NCBI GenBank assembly: GCA_050084985.1 | Contig: JBITNC010000001.1 | Coordinates: 178,374,001-178,438,000 of the forward strand | Length of the DNA: 64,000 bases | Source: Nageia nagi | Lineage: Eukaryota; Plantae; Pinophyta | Reading direction: 5' to 3' | Shown: one piece after another, positions 1-14,364 of the stretch | Layout: every line of letters begins with the position of its first letter | Numbering within the stretch: position 1 is the first letter of the stretch | The notes under the pieces: model-generated | Told to the model about the DNA's origin: nothing | The model's input: only the letters and a program-made list of their open reading frames with translations | The model's database searches: none | Made by a program: the position numbers and the translations under genes

Positions 1-69
1 CTTCTCCGGAGATCAGACTATCACATAGTTTGTTCTTGATGTACTTTGGTTGAGATTGTTCACGGCGCA

Positions 70-620
70 AATATTACACAATCCTAATCAACACTACCTA
101 TAATTAAAATATAACCTATGATGTTCCTTCTATTATCTATATCTCTTGCCATACAATCAATGTCGAAACCTCAAAAATATAAAGTATGCCTATCAGTACC
201 TCTCAAATACTAAATAATCCACTTCATTGCTTCCTAATGTTGTTTACCTATATTTTTCATAAACCTACTCACAACTCTTAGTATATGGGAAATATCTATT
301 CATGTGCAGATCATTGCATACATTAAACTACCAGCTACAGATGAATAAGAAACTGTAGATGTAGTCTATTTGTATTTTTATCTTAGCATAAATCTCCTTG
401 ATTAGTTTGAAATATTTGGCCAAAGGTATACTTACAGGTTTCACATCCTCTATATTAAACTTTTTCAATACCTTCTAAATGTACTAATTTTGAGACAATA
501 TCAACTTGCAATTTTTTAGTCATGTCAAGAATTTTCTTTGTTTCATCCAAATCCTTCATAACTTCCTTTAAGTACATCTATATCTTGTTATATATGATTA
601 AATACAACTCTAAATTATTG
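70..620 (-). mobile_element. Ty1/copia RT-RNase H remnant (degenerate)
   Basis: Minus-strand translation gives KVLKKFNIEDVKPVSIPLAKYFKL...YSSVAGSLMYAMICT*IDISHILRVVSRFM...EAMKWII*YLRGT...DIDNRRNIIGYI. This matches copia RT C-terminal and RNase H start motifs (GSLMYAM.CTRPD, W..VK.I.RYL.GT, D.D.RRST.GY). Stops are present. Confidence 0.8.
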
Positions 621-2777
621 CAATTATATATACTTTAATTGACAAGCAAAGGAGCCTAATTACCTGCAATCACTTAGTAATTAATATAAATAACTTGGAA
701 TGATGATGATAAAGAACTAAAATAATAAGATAATAATATCATGTCCTATCCTATGAAATAATGGATGATATATGTGTACCTATTACTTACATGATTTACA
801 AAGATATACTTAGACAAAAGTAACTGAATATTAAAGCTCAAGTTTTAGATCTCAAAACAATATGTTGTATGTATCATAGTGTTGGTGTTGATAGGAGAGT
901 TGATGCTATGAACCTTGGAGATAATTCATTCTCTTCAAGTATGATAAATTCCAATCTCTATAGGTGATTTTGATAAACATTAGTAAGTTTGTGAGAGATA
1001 TACAAAGTTCTATCGAGATAAAAACTTGATAGTCTTCCTATGCATATAATTATCTATTTATAGCCTATAGGATTAGGAATATACCTAATTGCAGCTTTGC
1101 ATGCTAGTGTTGATATTGGTGGTTTATCTTACAAAATAATCTAGAATCATACATGAGAAGTATCTTTGATATCTTATAATTGATAATTAAAATATAGCAT
1201 AATATCATATTGATCATAACATAGCAAGGGTTATGTACGAACTAGCTTGGCCCAAACAAGATACCAAATTAGATATCAACACATGCCCCACTTTGCAAAT
1301 TTTAATAACATGAATGTGAATTATGATTCAAAGTAAAGATAAGAAAAAATAAACTTCCCTTATTTTTCTTGGGTCTTCATAGAATTAGCAATTTATTGGT
1401 GATTTATTTTCCCCCCTTTTTGCATCAGTTGTTATCGGAGTGGCCAATAAGAATCAATTGCAAAGAATCTATGATAATATAGAAATATCCTCCAAAGATC
1501 ATAAGAGCATTTTCATCTAGGAAAAATAAGCACAAGAAGAAAAGATGAAATTAATATAATATACTATGAGCTTTTATTATCCATAGATATAACATTGACA
1601 AAAAAAATTAATGAAAGAAATTTTACAATATCAATCATAACAACATTCATAGTGATGGTTAATAACCCAACAAACAAAGGTGACCATGAAGCAATCATAG
1701 TGTTATAACCAAAATAATAATAATAATGGTTATTTACAACATTCAATTTAACCAATTTATAATGAAATAACAATAAATTGAAGTAATGAATATGTTGATA
1801 ATGACCTAATTTACCTTAACCTATCAAAATGGATTTACAGAAGATACAAACTTGTACTTTACCTAACATGGTGAATGAAGAAGATATTTAGTCAAAAGGC
1901 AATGAATGATAAGCTTCCCCAAAGAATGGATCCATCAATCTAACCTCACAATAATGAAAATGCTAGGATCCCATCAACATCTCTTAGTTACCTTTTTAGA
2001 ATGCCTCACCCTTTCACTCAATGTCATTGGTGTCCCTTCAAAGCTTAGAATATCATATGCAAAGAAGTTTGAAAGATTACAGGAATGTAAAGCTCAATGT
2101 ATAACAAAATTCAAATATGATAAGTGGCGTTAAAAAATACCGATCAAGAATGACATAAGTATATTACCACTTATCAAGGATTTAGGATCATGTCATAATT
2201 GCTTATGGACAACCTTCCCACCTTTATAGATAGCACGTCTAGTGCCAAAGCTCCTCCTTGGGCTTATGATGATGCAGATTGACCTATTATCATTAAATAA
2301 CCATGCCTAATATCTTGGAGATAACACATGTTCTTATTTCCAATTTCATGTATTCAACATATAAAGGAAAGGTGTGAAAATGCATAACTAATTTCTTTTA
2401 AATGATCTCCACTTTCTTTCATGTTTAATACTTCACAATTTCATTTTCATGAACATAAACATATGCAAGAAATGATCAAATAAATTATGCATTATTGTAA
2501 GGAAAAACATACAAATATTAATTTACTATTTTATCTTTTAAATCAACACACCTCATTTTAAGTGATTCCAACTTCCCTTAAAAACATTATAATATTAATG
2601 CTTAAAATAAATACATTAATATCAATCTAAAAATTAATACCATTGTAAAATGTAATACATTAATACTAATGCAAAAACTAATACATTTATATTGAAGTTT
2701 AAATTTATGCAATATACATTTAACATTTCAAAATCACTTTTAAATATTTAAATGTATATTTTTAATGTTAAATATTC

Positions 2778-2896
2778 AAATCCTATTTTTAAATATTAAC
2801 AACTTTAATATTTAAAAATCTAATTTAAAGTATTTAAGTAATTTAAATCCTATTTTTAAACATTAAAAATTTTAATATTTAAAAATCTAATTTAAA
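2778..2896. repeat. AT-rich ~67-bp tandem duplication
   Basis: AAATCCTATTTTTAAA(T/C)ATTAA.AA.TTTAATATTTAAAAATCTAATTTAAA occurs at ~2778 and ~2845. Confidence 0.65.
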
Positions 2897-2899
2897 TTA

Positions 2900-2905
<6 letters not shown>

Positions 2906-2936
<31 letters not shown>
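2906..2936. repeat. (TA)n microsatellite
   Basis: About 15 uninterrupted TA units. Confidence 0.95.
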
Positions 2937-2941
<5 letters not shown>

Positions 2942-4418
2942 TTTTTAAATAAAAAAGATGCATGGTAGGGTGGGCCCGTGGCCTCACCCCCCTCACATCC
3001 AAACATAATGCCTTAGGGGGCACATAGCCCAGCTGCCACATGGCTAGGGCTAGCATCCCCCTCTTTATATAGGCGATGCTAGGTGATGTTGAGGCCCTCT
3101 GATTGCCACACGACCAAGGGGATGGTGTCCCCCCTCCCACACCAACACACAAGTATGGGAATGAAATGTACTCAGACACCACGATGACCTGGTGTCTCTA
3201 AGGTACACCTTGTGTACATCCCTATTTTTATATATAAACTTAAATAAAAATCCAAATATAGCTTCTATAAAGTTTATATTTATTAAACAAAAATTGATTT
3301 ATTATTATTTTTTTTAGTTGAAAGCAACATTTACATTAAGTTTCCTATACAACAAGGACTTAAGTTTGGCCTTAAAAATATGATCCTACATTCTTATAAG
3401 CCTAGAAAAGTGTGCATGTACAAAAAAAATCAATTTTCAAAACTTATTTTTAGAGATCAATAACTCAATTTGAAAACCCATTTTCAAATATGGAACATGG
3501 GTTTTACTCATTTTTCCAAGCTCTTTCCAAAGATCTATTGAAACCTAAGCTTATACTAATGTTTCCATATTAAATTCTAGTTTGAAAACCCTATTTCCAC
3601 CATATTTTCTTGTGTATTTCAAAATAATTTTATTACTAGTTTCAACTACAATTTTGAAATGGACTGAAAGACAAAATACCCATATCCAAATTTTGAATTT
3701 AAATTTTTTTCTACAACCAATAAAACCAAATAAAATTTCTTTCTTTCCATTTTTAAATTTAACATGAATGAAGAAAGCTTGCAAATAGATTTATGATTTC
3801 CATTTCAAACTATAGTATGCAAAAATAGAAAAGAAAAAAAATAAACATACTCATACAAAATGCATTGAAATAGAGAAATACTTATTCGAAAATGCACATA
3901 AACATCCAAATGCAAAATGAACTCTTGCTCCATTTTTTCTCTTTTCTTCCAAAGAACCAAGTAATCAAATGGATGATAAAAACCACCATAAATAGGAGTA
4001 GAGGAAGCCATGAATATTTTCTTCAACCTCCTTGAGGAAGTTTTCCCCCAAAACTTCATGGAAGTTTCTCTCTGGGAGAAAAAAACCCAAAATGCAAAAA
4101 TTACAATAATTTTAACCAATTTGTTTTTTTTTTTCTTTTTCTTTTTGCTCTAATGTACAAAATTATTTTAAAATAACTTAATTAATTAAATACATTATAA
4201 TGTAAACATTACTTAGTTACTTACAATGTATTTTTTATTTATTTTGCAAAGCTTACAAATAAATGCAAACAACTAATTAAAGTAATAACTTAGCATTCTT
4301 TCCTTTTTTCTGAAAAATACCTTATAGATGAAAATGCATTTATTTTTCATTAATACAAATTTCATATTTTATTTAAATTTGTAGGTATGAAGATGAACAA
4401 ATAGGCTAATCCATCATT

Positions 4419-6200
4419 GTTCTCAACCCAACAATGACCCAAAAAGCCAAAATAATATCTATTAGTAAGTTCAAAACACAAAACTAAATAAACATACAAC
4501 ACAAGAGAATAAGCACACATGAAGCTTGTGAAACCTAAGTGAAACAACTTCCCTTGTGGGCTACCAATGTCCAATCATCTCCTTACAAATAACAATATGG
4601 TTCACTTGTAGGACTATAATTTCCTATATCACATGAAACCACAACAGTATCAAACTTATTTTACATAATGTCAAGATCAAAACATATAAAATAACACATG
4701 ATATCAATTATTCTAATGTAAGTATGTCAAAACTCCATACTCAATAATCAAATCATTCAAAGATACAAAAAGAGAGGATCATGACATCCTTCCCCTCTTA
4801 AGAATAGTCCTCTATGTTCTCATTATTCAACCAAAATAAAGTACATAAAACATCAAAATAAATATGAAAATTATTATTTCATAACATCAACATATTCCCA
4901 TGTTGCAAAAGATTTAAATTATTGATCCCACTGAACCTGACACTCCTCTATTTTCCTATTTCTCATCTTTCTAGTTCTAAAACCAAGAACTTTTATAGGA
5001 AGCACCTCAATGGCCATTGGATGTACCATCTACAAGTTAGCAAAATGAAAAACATGTGAAGGATTAGAAACATATTTCCTAAGCAAATATATACAAAAGA
5101 CATCATGAATCTTTGATAGTGTGGGTAGTAGGGCAAGCATATAGGCAATTGAGCTAATCTTTCCTATAACTACAAAAGGCCCTAAAAATCATGGATCCAA
5201 TTTAGTATACTTTATGGTGCTTTTCATAGGTAGAACCTGTAAGAATACTTTATCTTTCACAAAGAATTCTTGTTGAGTTCTTTTTATATCAGCATAAATT
5301 TTTTGATGATCGAATGCTTCCTTAATCCTTTCCTAATCATTTTAAGGTTTTCCTCCATTTCCTTCCAATGATCTGATCCGATCACTACTTGATCCTTTGG
5401 ATTATCCACAATAATAAGATCCTACACGTCCTTCCATATAGTGCCTAGAAAGGTGCCATCTCTAAGGACGAGTGATAGGAGTTATTATAAGCGAACTCAA
5501 CCAAGTGCAAGTAGTCTTCCCATTTTGTTTTATGGTCCATGCAATACATCTACAACATGTCTTCAAGGACCCTATTGACTCATTCAATTTGATCATCCAT
5601 TTGAGAATGATAAGCTAAACTCATATTAAGTTTAGCTCCCATCACCTTATGCAGAGTTCTCCAAAACTAAAAAGTGAACTTATTACTTCATGAAACCCAT
5701 GTAACCAAACAATTTTCTTGATGAAATTATATGCAACAATTAGTACATCATATATAGTATTTCCTAGAATAAAGTGAGCCACTTTAGTGAGATAATCAAC
5801 AATAACAAAAATGACATCATGTTGAGATCTCATTTTAGGCAAACCCATAATTAAATCCATTGATATCTTTTAATATTTTTGTGTAAGAATATCATGTGGA
5901 TAGTACATCCACCTAGATGTTAATGTTTTGCCTTAACTTTTTGACATTCCAAGTATCTAATTACAAACTCATTGATATCCCTCTTCATTCCACATCAATA
6001 AAGAATCTTTTTGAGATTTTTTCTCATTTTTGCACCACTAGGATGAGTAAAAAAGAGGCGATTGATGTGCTTTCTGCAAGATTATTTTTTGAAGACCACC
6101 AATATTTGGAATAACAACCCTACCCTTAAAGAACAAAAATCCATCCTTATACTCAAAATCTTTCACTGAAGGATTAGATTTTTCTATTTTATCATTGATC
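4419..6200 (-). mobile_element. Ty3/gypsy chromovirus 3' fragment: integrase, chromodomain, PPT and 3' LTR start
   Basis: ORF 5642-5860 reads MDLIMGLP...VIVDYLTKVAHFI (integrase core). Chromodomain-like RNRKIEECQVQWDQ*FKSFATWE at ~4895-4963. On the minus strand the PPT TAAGAGGGGAAGGA (4787-4800) is followed directly by TGTCATG (LTR start at 4786). The far LTR boundary (~4419) is uncertain. Confidence 0.8.
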
Positions 6201-7899
6201 TTTTTTTTTATTTTATCAGAACTAGTGGGTAAATTTGATATTAATCAAAAAAGAAATTCAAGTTTTGAAAGGGTATCAAAAAAATATTTTACATAAATAG
6301 AGGGTGAAAATACTATTTGCCTATATCATAAACAAAATGAGTAAAATAGAGCTCTATCATGTAAAAACTATAACAATAGTCCCCATGAGACCATCTAAAA
6401 AGGACAATATAGTAATCGAATAAGTCGTGTTTTTTCCAATGTTCAAAAGTAAATAAAATGAAGCACTACAAAAAAATAACCTTTAACTCCCTATCCATAT
6501 AATAATAGATAATTTCATGATCAAAAATAAAGTTGTTATCATTTTTTCTATTTTTGAAAAGTAAACATAAAGAGACTTGTCCTTAAGTGTGCAACCTATT
6601 CATGAAAAGGAGAAACAATTAGCCCTAATTATTGCTGCCATTGCTTGGCTTCACCTTCCGTATTGGTTTCACTTTGAAGTAGATTATTGAGTTATATAAA
6701 GCCTTGAAAAATGTTTGGATCATTGCAAAGATGGGATTCCATAATTCCCATGCCCTTATCTCATCAGGATGAAAATGTTCCTCATCAATTTTCATTCTTA
6801 AGTTCTAATAGTTATGTTTGTAGAACTTCTTATATATTTTTCTCCAAGGTCTTCTCTTTTGCATAAAGAACTATTTCTTAATATTAGCTCCTTGAATGCA
6901 TTCATAAATAGGTATAGATTCAAACACAACACTAAGGTCCCCTTGGCATCTCTCTGCTTTTGCCAACATTGCATTATGTAGGTGAATGTTTTATGGAATG
7001 CAAATTAGTTAGTTTTTGTGATTTCTATAATTCATGGGTTTGGGGCATCTTTGTATATTTACATGTACAACAAGAGGGAGGTTGAGGGGATAGATTTCAC
7101 TATTTTGATTAGGGTTTAGAGGAGGATTATTGCAAATCTCAATATTAGGCTTGAGTGGGGTGTTTTCACTTATGACCTCCTTAGGAGATTCCTTCAAAAT
7201 ATTCTCACCAAGGTATGTATCAATTTCCACAGTCTAAGAGAGTTTGGGTTTCCTCTTTCTTTCATAAGTATACAAAATGGGTGAGGTTAAGAGATGGATG
7301 ACATTGATTTTAGCTAGCTCAAGGATACCAGAATTCTCTTGGACCAAGCTAGAATTACCTTCCTCTCTCAAAGGGCTATGAATAATAAGGATAGATTCAG
7401 GTTCGAACATACCTTTGCTCTTATTAGCTACAAACATTGAACAGGTCCATCTTCTTATCAGGGTTGGAGACTTTCTTGATTCATTAAGTCTTGGGACACC
7501 ATGTTCTTGACTATCTTATAGGTTAACCTTTTCTTGCAAATCTTGGTTTAGATCATCCTCAATAATAACATTATGAGCTTGAAATGTTGTCCTTTTGTAC
7601 CTTTAAAATTGAATTGGCCCTTCATCATCCACATCCTCTTCATTAACCCAATTTTGTTTATTCTCCTCATTGCTGAAATTGACTTGCTATGCAATAATAT
7701 TTTGAGTCATATCCTCATGGATATTCACCTCATTAGATTTCCTCTCATGCATTCTCTGAGACTTAATTTGTCTACCACTCTGGCAGGTAGAGCCCTGATG
7801 AACTTCATCTCTATTTTAAGGTTGTATTTGAACAAAGGTAGCAAGTTGATGTTGATAAGCTAGTAGCATGACCGCATGGTGAAGAGATATAGAGTTGCA

Positions 7900-8450
7900 T
7901 TTTTACCTACACTTAGTTATCAACATAGCCAAAGAGTATTAAACAAATTGGGAAAAATTCACCTAATCCCATTATGGTTTGAATTGGTTTAGTAGAATTA
8001 TGTGGGTGCTATAAACTTCTATATGTCTACCATCTAAAGTGATATACTTCATTAGAACCTTGCATATTTTATACCATGGATAGGGTAAACTGCTCTTGTG
8101 ATACCCCATTTTGTAAGGCTCTAGTTGAATTTGATCACCTTCAAATTTTCTAACCTCTTCAATTTTACTAACCTTGAAGTTTTGCTTCATAACCTTGCCT
8201 CTATTCAAGAACCCTATAGCTTCAACAATGGCTACCTTGTTAAAGGGGATATATCTCTCATGAATTTTGCAAGTACCATTCTCCCAAGTGCTAATGATAT
8301 AATCAGCTAATCTTCTACTAGTACTTGCTTTGCAAGCTTTAATGAACCTATCCAAACCTCCTTTGCATATAATTCACCATACATTAGGGTCTTTCTTCAC
8401 CTTACTAGGGTCACTCAACTTTATAAAAATAAGGGCTCCTTCCATTTTCC
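7900..8450 (-). pseudogene. Degenerate uncharacterised TE-associated ORF
   Basis: ORF 7972-8355 (..LPYPWYKICKVLMKYITLDGRHIEVYSTHIILLNQF) has an upstream in-frame continuation (KKDPNVW*IICKGGLDRF). It lies among retroelement debris. From memory it resembles a repeat-associated ORF family of gymnosperm retroelements; this is not verified. Confidence 0.35.
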
Positions 8451-8929
8451 CTTAGTTCCTATCTTTTTGAATATCTTCGTAGTTGACATAGTGGTGGTAA
8501 TCTTTGTACTTGTTCTAATTTTTATGCTTTATAATTATGTTAATCCATCCATTTTTAATCTCCTCCTACTTATATCCATCATTATGGGATGTTGCATAGG
8601 ATCACCATCTTATTATTTTAATGATTCTAGTCTTTTCATTGGTTGTTGAATCTATCATACTGACATCACCTCTATTAGGATTTATATCAACATCAATGGA
8701 TCTTATTGCCTTTTTAATTATTGGGACCTCAACTCCCATGTTAATATCAATTTGGCAATTTTTAGTCATGTTAATTGATAAGGTTTTTGAAACTTGAAGG
8801 TCCCTTGTTAATGTCAAAGTACACTATCATATTCTCGCACAATCTAAGGATTGTAAGTTAGAAGACTTCTTATGTTTCATTTTCTTTCTCTTCAAAAAAA
8901 TTCATATTCCTCTATTTCCATATTTGCCA

Positions 8930-9813
8930 CCATAGATGGGCAAGCAACTTTGTCCAACATTTATCATAGCCTTTTTCTTTCTCCCATGTTGACCATTGCA
9001 CTATACACTATTTTGCATCATTAGGTAAGATCCATTGGATATTCATTTTTTACACACCATGCTCCAAATATTCCTTGAGTATTCACAGTGCAAGAAGATG
9101 CGATCTATGTTTTTCCTTTTTCTTGCATACAACATAGCTATTTACTATATTGAATCATCTCTTTTTTAAATTACTAACTATCATTAGTCTTTTTCTAGCT
9201 ACAAGCCATAAAAATAAGGCTATCTTTTGTGTTATTTTGGCCTTCCAGATTTTGTTCCAAATTTTGAACCCTTTTCTATTTTCAATATTATTCCTTAGAG
9301 CTTTAACTACCTCTTTTACCCTGTATTGCCCATCTATCCTAAACTTCCACATTATTTTTCCTTCATTCTTATTAAGCTTAATATCAAAGTCATTGAATTC
9401 CTTCTCAAGTTGCTTAAGTTGGTTTATTATTCTTCCTCAAGAAGGTCTATGAATCTTCCTGCTATTGGTGTCATCTTCAAAATAATTTACTATTGTGCTC
9501 CCTTGGCATTTCAAGGCCCATTCTAATCCAAGTTTATAATCCTTCATATTAATGAGTGGATCATCTTTAAACCAAGCATCTTCTCACATAAACACATGTT
9601 TACCATCTCTCAAGAGCCATTTGATTACCTCTTAGATATTAGATCTTACTACTATTGACCCATTCCAAAAAGGGGGGCCATAAAGTGGGTTTTTGAATTC
9701 TCATTATAAAGTTTTAACCCATCAAGCATTTTTCTTTAAATGTGTGAATCCACTTCCTTTCCTCATTTTGTGCTATCTACCAAACTAATTTCCCTCTAAG
9801 AGCTTGTCCAACA
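8930..9813 (-). mobile_element. LINE (L1-type) ORF2 C-terminal remnant (zf-RVT region)
   Basis: ORF 9155-9352 WKFRIDGQYRVKE...WNKIWKAKITQKIALFLWLVARKRL..SNLKKR is the zf-RVT pattern. It is followed by a degenerate C..C...E..DxIFLHC motif. Upstream are degenerate AL.GKLVW.IA and F.EDAW motifs. Confidence 0.8.
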
Positions 9814-12800
9814 TGGGGTTTCACTAAAATATCCTCTAACTTTAATAATGTACATTGAAGGTTTAGATAGTCATTTGCAAAAGACTATCATGTTGTTTAA
9901 TCCTACTAATCTTGATCAAGTGTGTGTGCAAGAACAATACTTAGAGGAGGATGGTAAAGAAAGAAGACAATATGATGAATCTAAGAAGGCTTATAATTCA
10001 AGGGGATCACAAGATAAAGGTAAATCTCAAGATAAAGGCAAAGGTAAGCAAAAAGCTAAGACCACTAATATTTCAAAGAAAGAAGGTGCTAATAGGCATT
10101 GTGGTCATTGTGATAAAGATGTTCATGTTGATGATAAATGTTGAAAACTTCATTATGTCCATATAAGAAAATGAATAAGGAGAAAACTATTGCTATGGTT
10201 CTTAAATGTGAGTATGTTGAAGGAAGTTCAGATGTTGATGAGAAACTAAATTGTTCAACCATTCAAAAGGTTAAGAATATCAAGACATTAAAGAATAAAG
10301 AATTCATTTATTCCACCTCAAAATCCAAATTAAGAAAACAAGAGTGGATTGCATTATTGATCTAGATTCTAAAGAAAATTTGATTTTAGAATCTATGGTA
10401 AGTAATTTGGGATTGGAAAAATTCAACCATGCAAATCAATATCCTTTGGGTTAGGTGCATCATAATGCTATTTTGCAAGTCACTAAATAATGTAAGTTGA
10501 AATTTATTATTTGTGCAAAGTACATTGATGAAGTTGTGGTTGATGTTGTTCCTTTAGACATTTATGGTGTTATTCTTAGTAACCCTTATATGTGGGATAG
10601 AGATGCTATTTATTATCGAAGATTGAAAAAGTTATGATTGGTGAAAGATGGAAAGTTGTTTCTAGCTATTGCACATAACAATAGGAAAAAGCTACCTTTG
10701 GTCACTACTAACTAGGTAAAACACCTTATAAATGCTTCTAAAAAGTTTGCGTTGATCATGATGAAAATCAAAGCTTCTAGTGAGGTGAATCTCATGCTAT
10801 CAATAAGGTGCAAAACTGATTTTAAGATGTTAACAACATGCAAAAGGGAAGAACTAATGTGGAAATCAATCTAGGGTTTTATAGACTTGTTTGCAAAGCC
10901 ACAGGGATTACCTCCTATATGGATATACAACATGATATTTAGTTATTACTGAATGATTCATTTCGCAAAATAGCTTTGTATTAGTAATTAGTTTTGTAGC
11001 AAGAGGAGATAATGAGGCAAATTCAGGAGTTGGTTGATTAGAAAAAGTACATGTCCATGTGGATCACCTATTATTTTGGTTACAAAAAAGGATCAAACTT
11101 GGAGAATGTGTATTAACTATAGAGCACTTATTAAAATCACCATCAAAAATTGATATCCTTTGCCTCAGATAGATGATCTTTTGGATTAGTTACAAAGGCC
11201 AATATTCTTCACTAAGCTAGACTTCAAAAGTGGATATTACCAAGTTCAAATCAAGGAAGAGGACATTTGGAAGATCACTTTCAAGAAAACACAAGACCTA
11301 TTTGAGTGACTTATTTTTTTATTAGATTTATGCAATGCTTCGACCATATTTATGAGGGTAATAAATGATGTGCTTTGTCTATTTATTAATTCTTTTATTG
11401 TTGTATACTTGGATGATATTCATGTTTATAGTTCTACTTAGAAAGAACATGTTGTACATCTTAGACAAGTTATTGGTCATGGACAACTTAAGATAGATCC
11501 TTGTAAAGTAAGTGCTATACTAGATTGGCCAAAGTCATATAATATAACTAAAGTGAAGAGTTTCTTAGGTGTTTTCAAATATTTGAGAAAGTTTATTATT
11601 GATTTTTCTCATATTGTTTCACCTTTACATGTTGTAATCAACAAGAGGCAGTTTTTCCAATGGAGAAAATAACAACAAACATCTTTTGAAACCTTGAAGC
11701 AAAAGATTGTTAGTGCACTTGTGCTAGCACTTCCTAATTTACAAAAGCCATTTTAAAGGGATATTGATGCAATTGAATATGCCATGGGGGCCATTTTGTT
11801 ACAAGGAGGTAAACTAATTTGCTATCATTCCAAAAAATTTAGTGGGGCCATTTTGAATTATCCTACTTATGATAAGGAAATGTATGCATTGGTTTAGGTT
11901 GTTAAAAAGTGGAAACATTACTTAATGGGAAAAGAAATAATCATTCACACTGATAATCAACCATTAAAGTACTTACAAACTCAATAAAAATTGCAAAAAA
12001 TTAGACACTTTAGATGGATGGATTTTCTGCAACAATTGCATCTTGTAATAAAATATATGCAAGGAACACATAATAAGGTTATTGACATGCTTTCTAGACC
12101 ACCTATGCATGCAAATTCCACATTGTTAATAGCATGCAAATAGGGGATAGTGAGTTCCCTTTCAATGCTAAAATTGCTTCATTTTCTTTTTGAGTCATTT
12201 TCGAAGGCATATGTGTAGGATCCTAACTTTGAAGAGGTGTATGAGTAGTTGTATTCATCTAGATCCAACTAAGAGGGCTTGGATGATTTTTAATTGAAAA
12301 TGGAATTCTTTTTCATTTTAATGCATTATATGTACTTGTAGATGAAAGTATTGGATTGATTAGAGAAGCACATACTTCTAATATTACAAGACATTTTGGG
12401 ATTGGAAAGATATTTGGCCAAAGATGCAAGATCAAGTTGTTAAGTACATAAGGGGGTGCTCTTTGTGTTGCACCAATAAGATAAGTAACATGAAATTGGG
12501 TTTGTATCAGCCACTTCTAGTACCTTCATATCCATGGGATTGTATCTCAATGGATTTTGTAGGAGGATTACCTATGACCAAGAAATGTCATGACTATCTA
12601 TTTGTTGTTGTGGATCGATTTAGTAAGATGTATGTTTTAATTCCATGTAAGAAGACTATAACAGGACAAGATGCTACGAATTTATTCTTTTCTTATGTTT
12701 AGGTTCATTTTGGATTGCCTACTTCTATTGTTTCGAATAGCAATAGTAGAGTTTTGGGCAAGCTTTGGACATATTCATGGGAAACGATGGATACAAGGTT

Positions 12801-14364
12801 GAAGAGGGAATTTCCTTTCATCCTCAAAGGGATGGATAAATTGAGATGGTGAATAGGAAAATGGTTCAAATCTTGAGGGGTTATTGTGACAAGCATCCTA
12901 AGCCTTGGGATGAACATCTTCAATATACCTAACATTCATACAATAGGCAAATTCATTCTTCCATTAATAAGTCTTTTTGAGACTTGTTTTGGTTATTTAC
13001 CACCTTCACCTTTTGATTATGGGTTTGGGAAGCAAAATTATGAAGGAGATTCACTTGATAAAGAAGAGAAATAAGCTAAAGCCTTTGTTGAAAAGATTAG
13101 GTAAATTCATTTGGAAGTCCAAGATCAACTTAAGACAAGCCAAGCCAAGTACAAGATAGGACATGAAAAATATCAATTTGACCATAAGTTTCATGTGGGA
13201 GACTATGTTTGATTGCATCTTACTAAGGAAGGTTGCAAGGACCAACTAAGAAGTTAAAACCTATAAGGTATGGACCATTTGAGATTATGGAGCAAGTGAG
13301 TGAGAATGCTTTTAGATTGAATCTATCGGTAAATATGAGCATCTATTCGATTGTGAATGTAGAATATTTAAAATTGTATGAGCCATCTATGTTGATTGAA
13401 GGTGAAGTAGGTTTAGATCAAAATTTTCCATCCCTTGATGATTTAGCTCCTAATATTATGGATGAACTCAAGGAGGATTCCATATTGCAAAAGAAGGTTC
13501 ATGCTACAAGGAGAGATGAGACAGAGCTATGGTTGGTTGGATTGAAAGAAAAAAAACCTAATAAATCCAAGTGGATGGAAAAGTCTAGGGTTGCAGAATC
13601 GTATCCTCATCTATGCATTTATGGGACCAAATGCCTTCTCATTGGGGAGGTATGATCCAAATTAGATCATGTTAGGTTGATCTTTGCAAGAGAAGTACTC
13701 ATTCTAGAGGTATTTATGCTTGAAGATTGACTGAAGACTAAAATTTGGATGTGATTAGTGATAAAAACCATATTGTTAACAACCTATGTATACTATTTTT
13801 AGGCTATTAACAACCTTTATTTTGATGATTCAACATTGGAAGTTAAAGGGGCATCAATGGTTCAGATAGGATCATCAACTAATATCTTGGAGATATTTCC
13901 AAGCCTATTTAAAGGCATGCTACTCTCTTGATTCTTCAATATTAGCTTAGAGAGTTTTGGGGCTTTGGGATTGTAAAGATTTGAAGGAATACCAAGAGTC
14001 ATTCTAAGATTTTGTAGTTTTGAAGTTGTTCTTCTTGCTGTAGGAGATTGTAGTAGTGTTGTAGGAGATGGTATTGCCATTATTTTGATAGTTTTTCTCT
14101 ATGTGCATGTAATATTGTAATGTCCATAGATAAAGAGAATAGAAGGCTCCAATTCCATGTTAGATTAGCCCACATTGGGTGAACTAAGGTAAATCATTAT
14201 GTTGATCTTATTGTGTGTGATTGAAATTGTTAATTTGTAGTTTTACATTGTGCAAATTTGAATTTATATGCAATTTGATGGGTCTCATAATGGTGAATAT
14301 TTTTTCATTTGAATCTATAAGTGAGGATCTGAGTACACTATAAGAATCTAGTGATTACAAATCA
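9814..14364 (+). mobile_element. 5'-truncated CRM-like Ty3/gypsy retrotransposon (gag end, PR, RT, RH, IN, 3' LTR); same family as 46396-52531
   Basis: Gag with a CCHC-like knuckle (HCGHCDKDVHVDDKC). RT motifs [10 protein letters not shown] and YLDD (~11405). RH motif [11 protein letters not shown]. Integrase CISMDFVGGLP..FVVVDRFSKM and KKLKPIRYGPF. PPT ATTGGGGAGGTA at 13641-13652. Many stops and frameshifts. Confidence 0.92.
13653..14364 (+). repeat. 3' LTR (712 bp, TGAT...ATCA)
   Basis: Starts TGATCC right after the PPT and ends GATTACAAATCA. Homologous to the reverse complement of the LTRs at 46396-47103 and 51812-52531. Confidence 0.85.
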
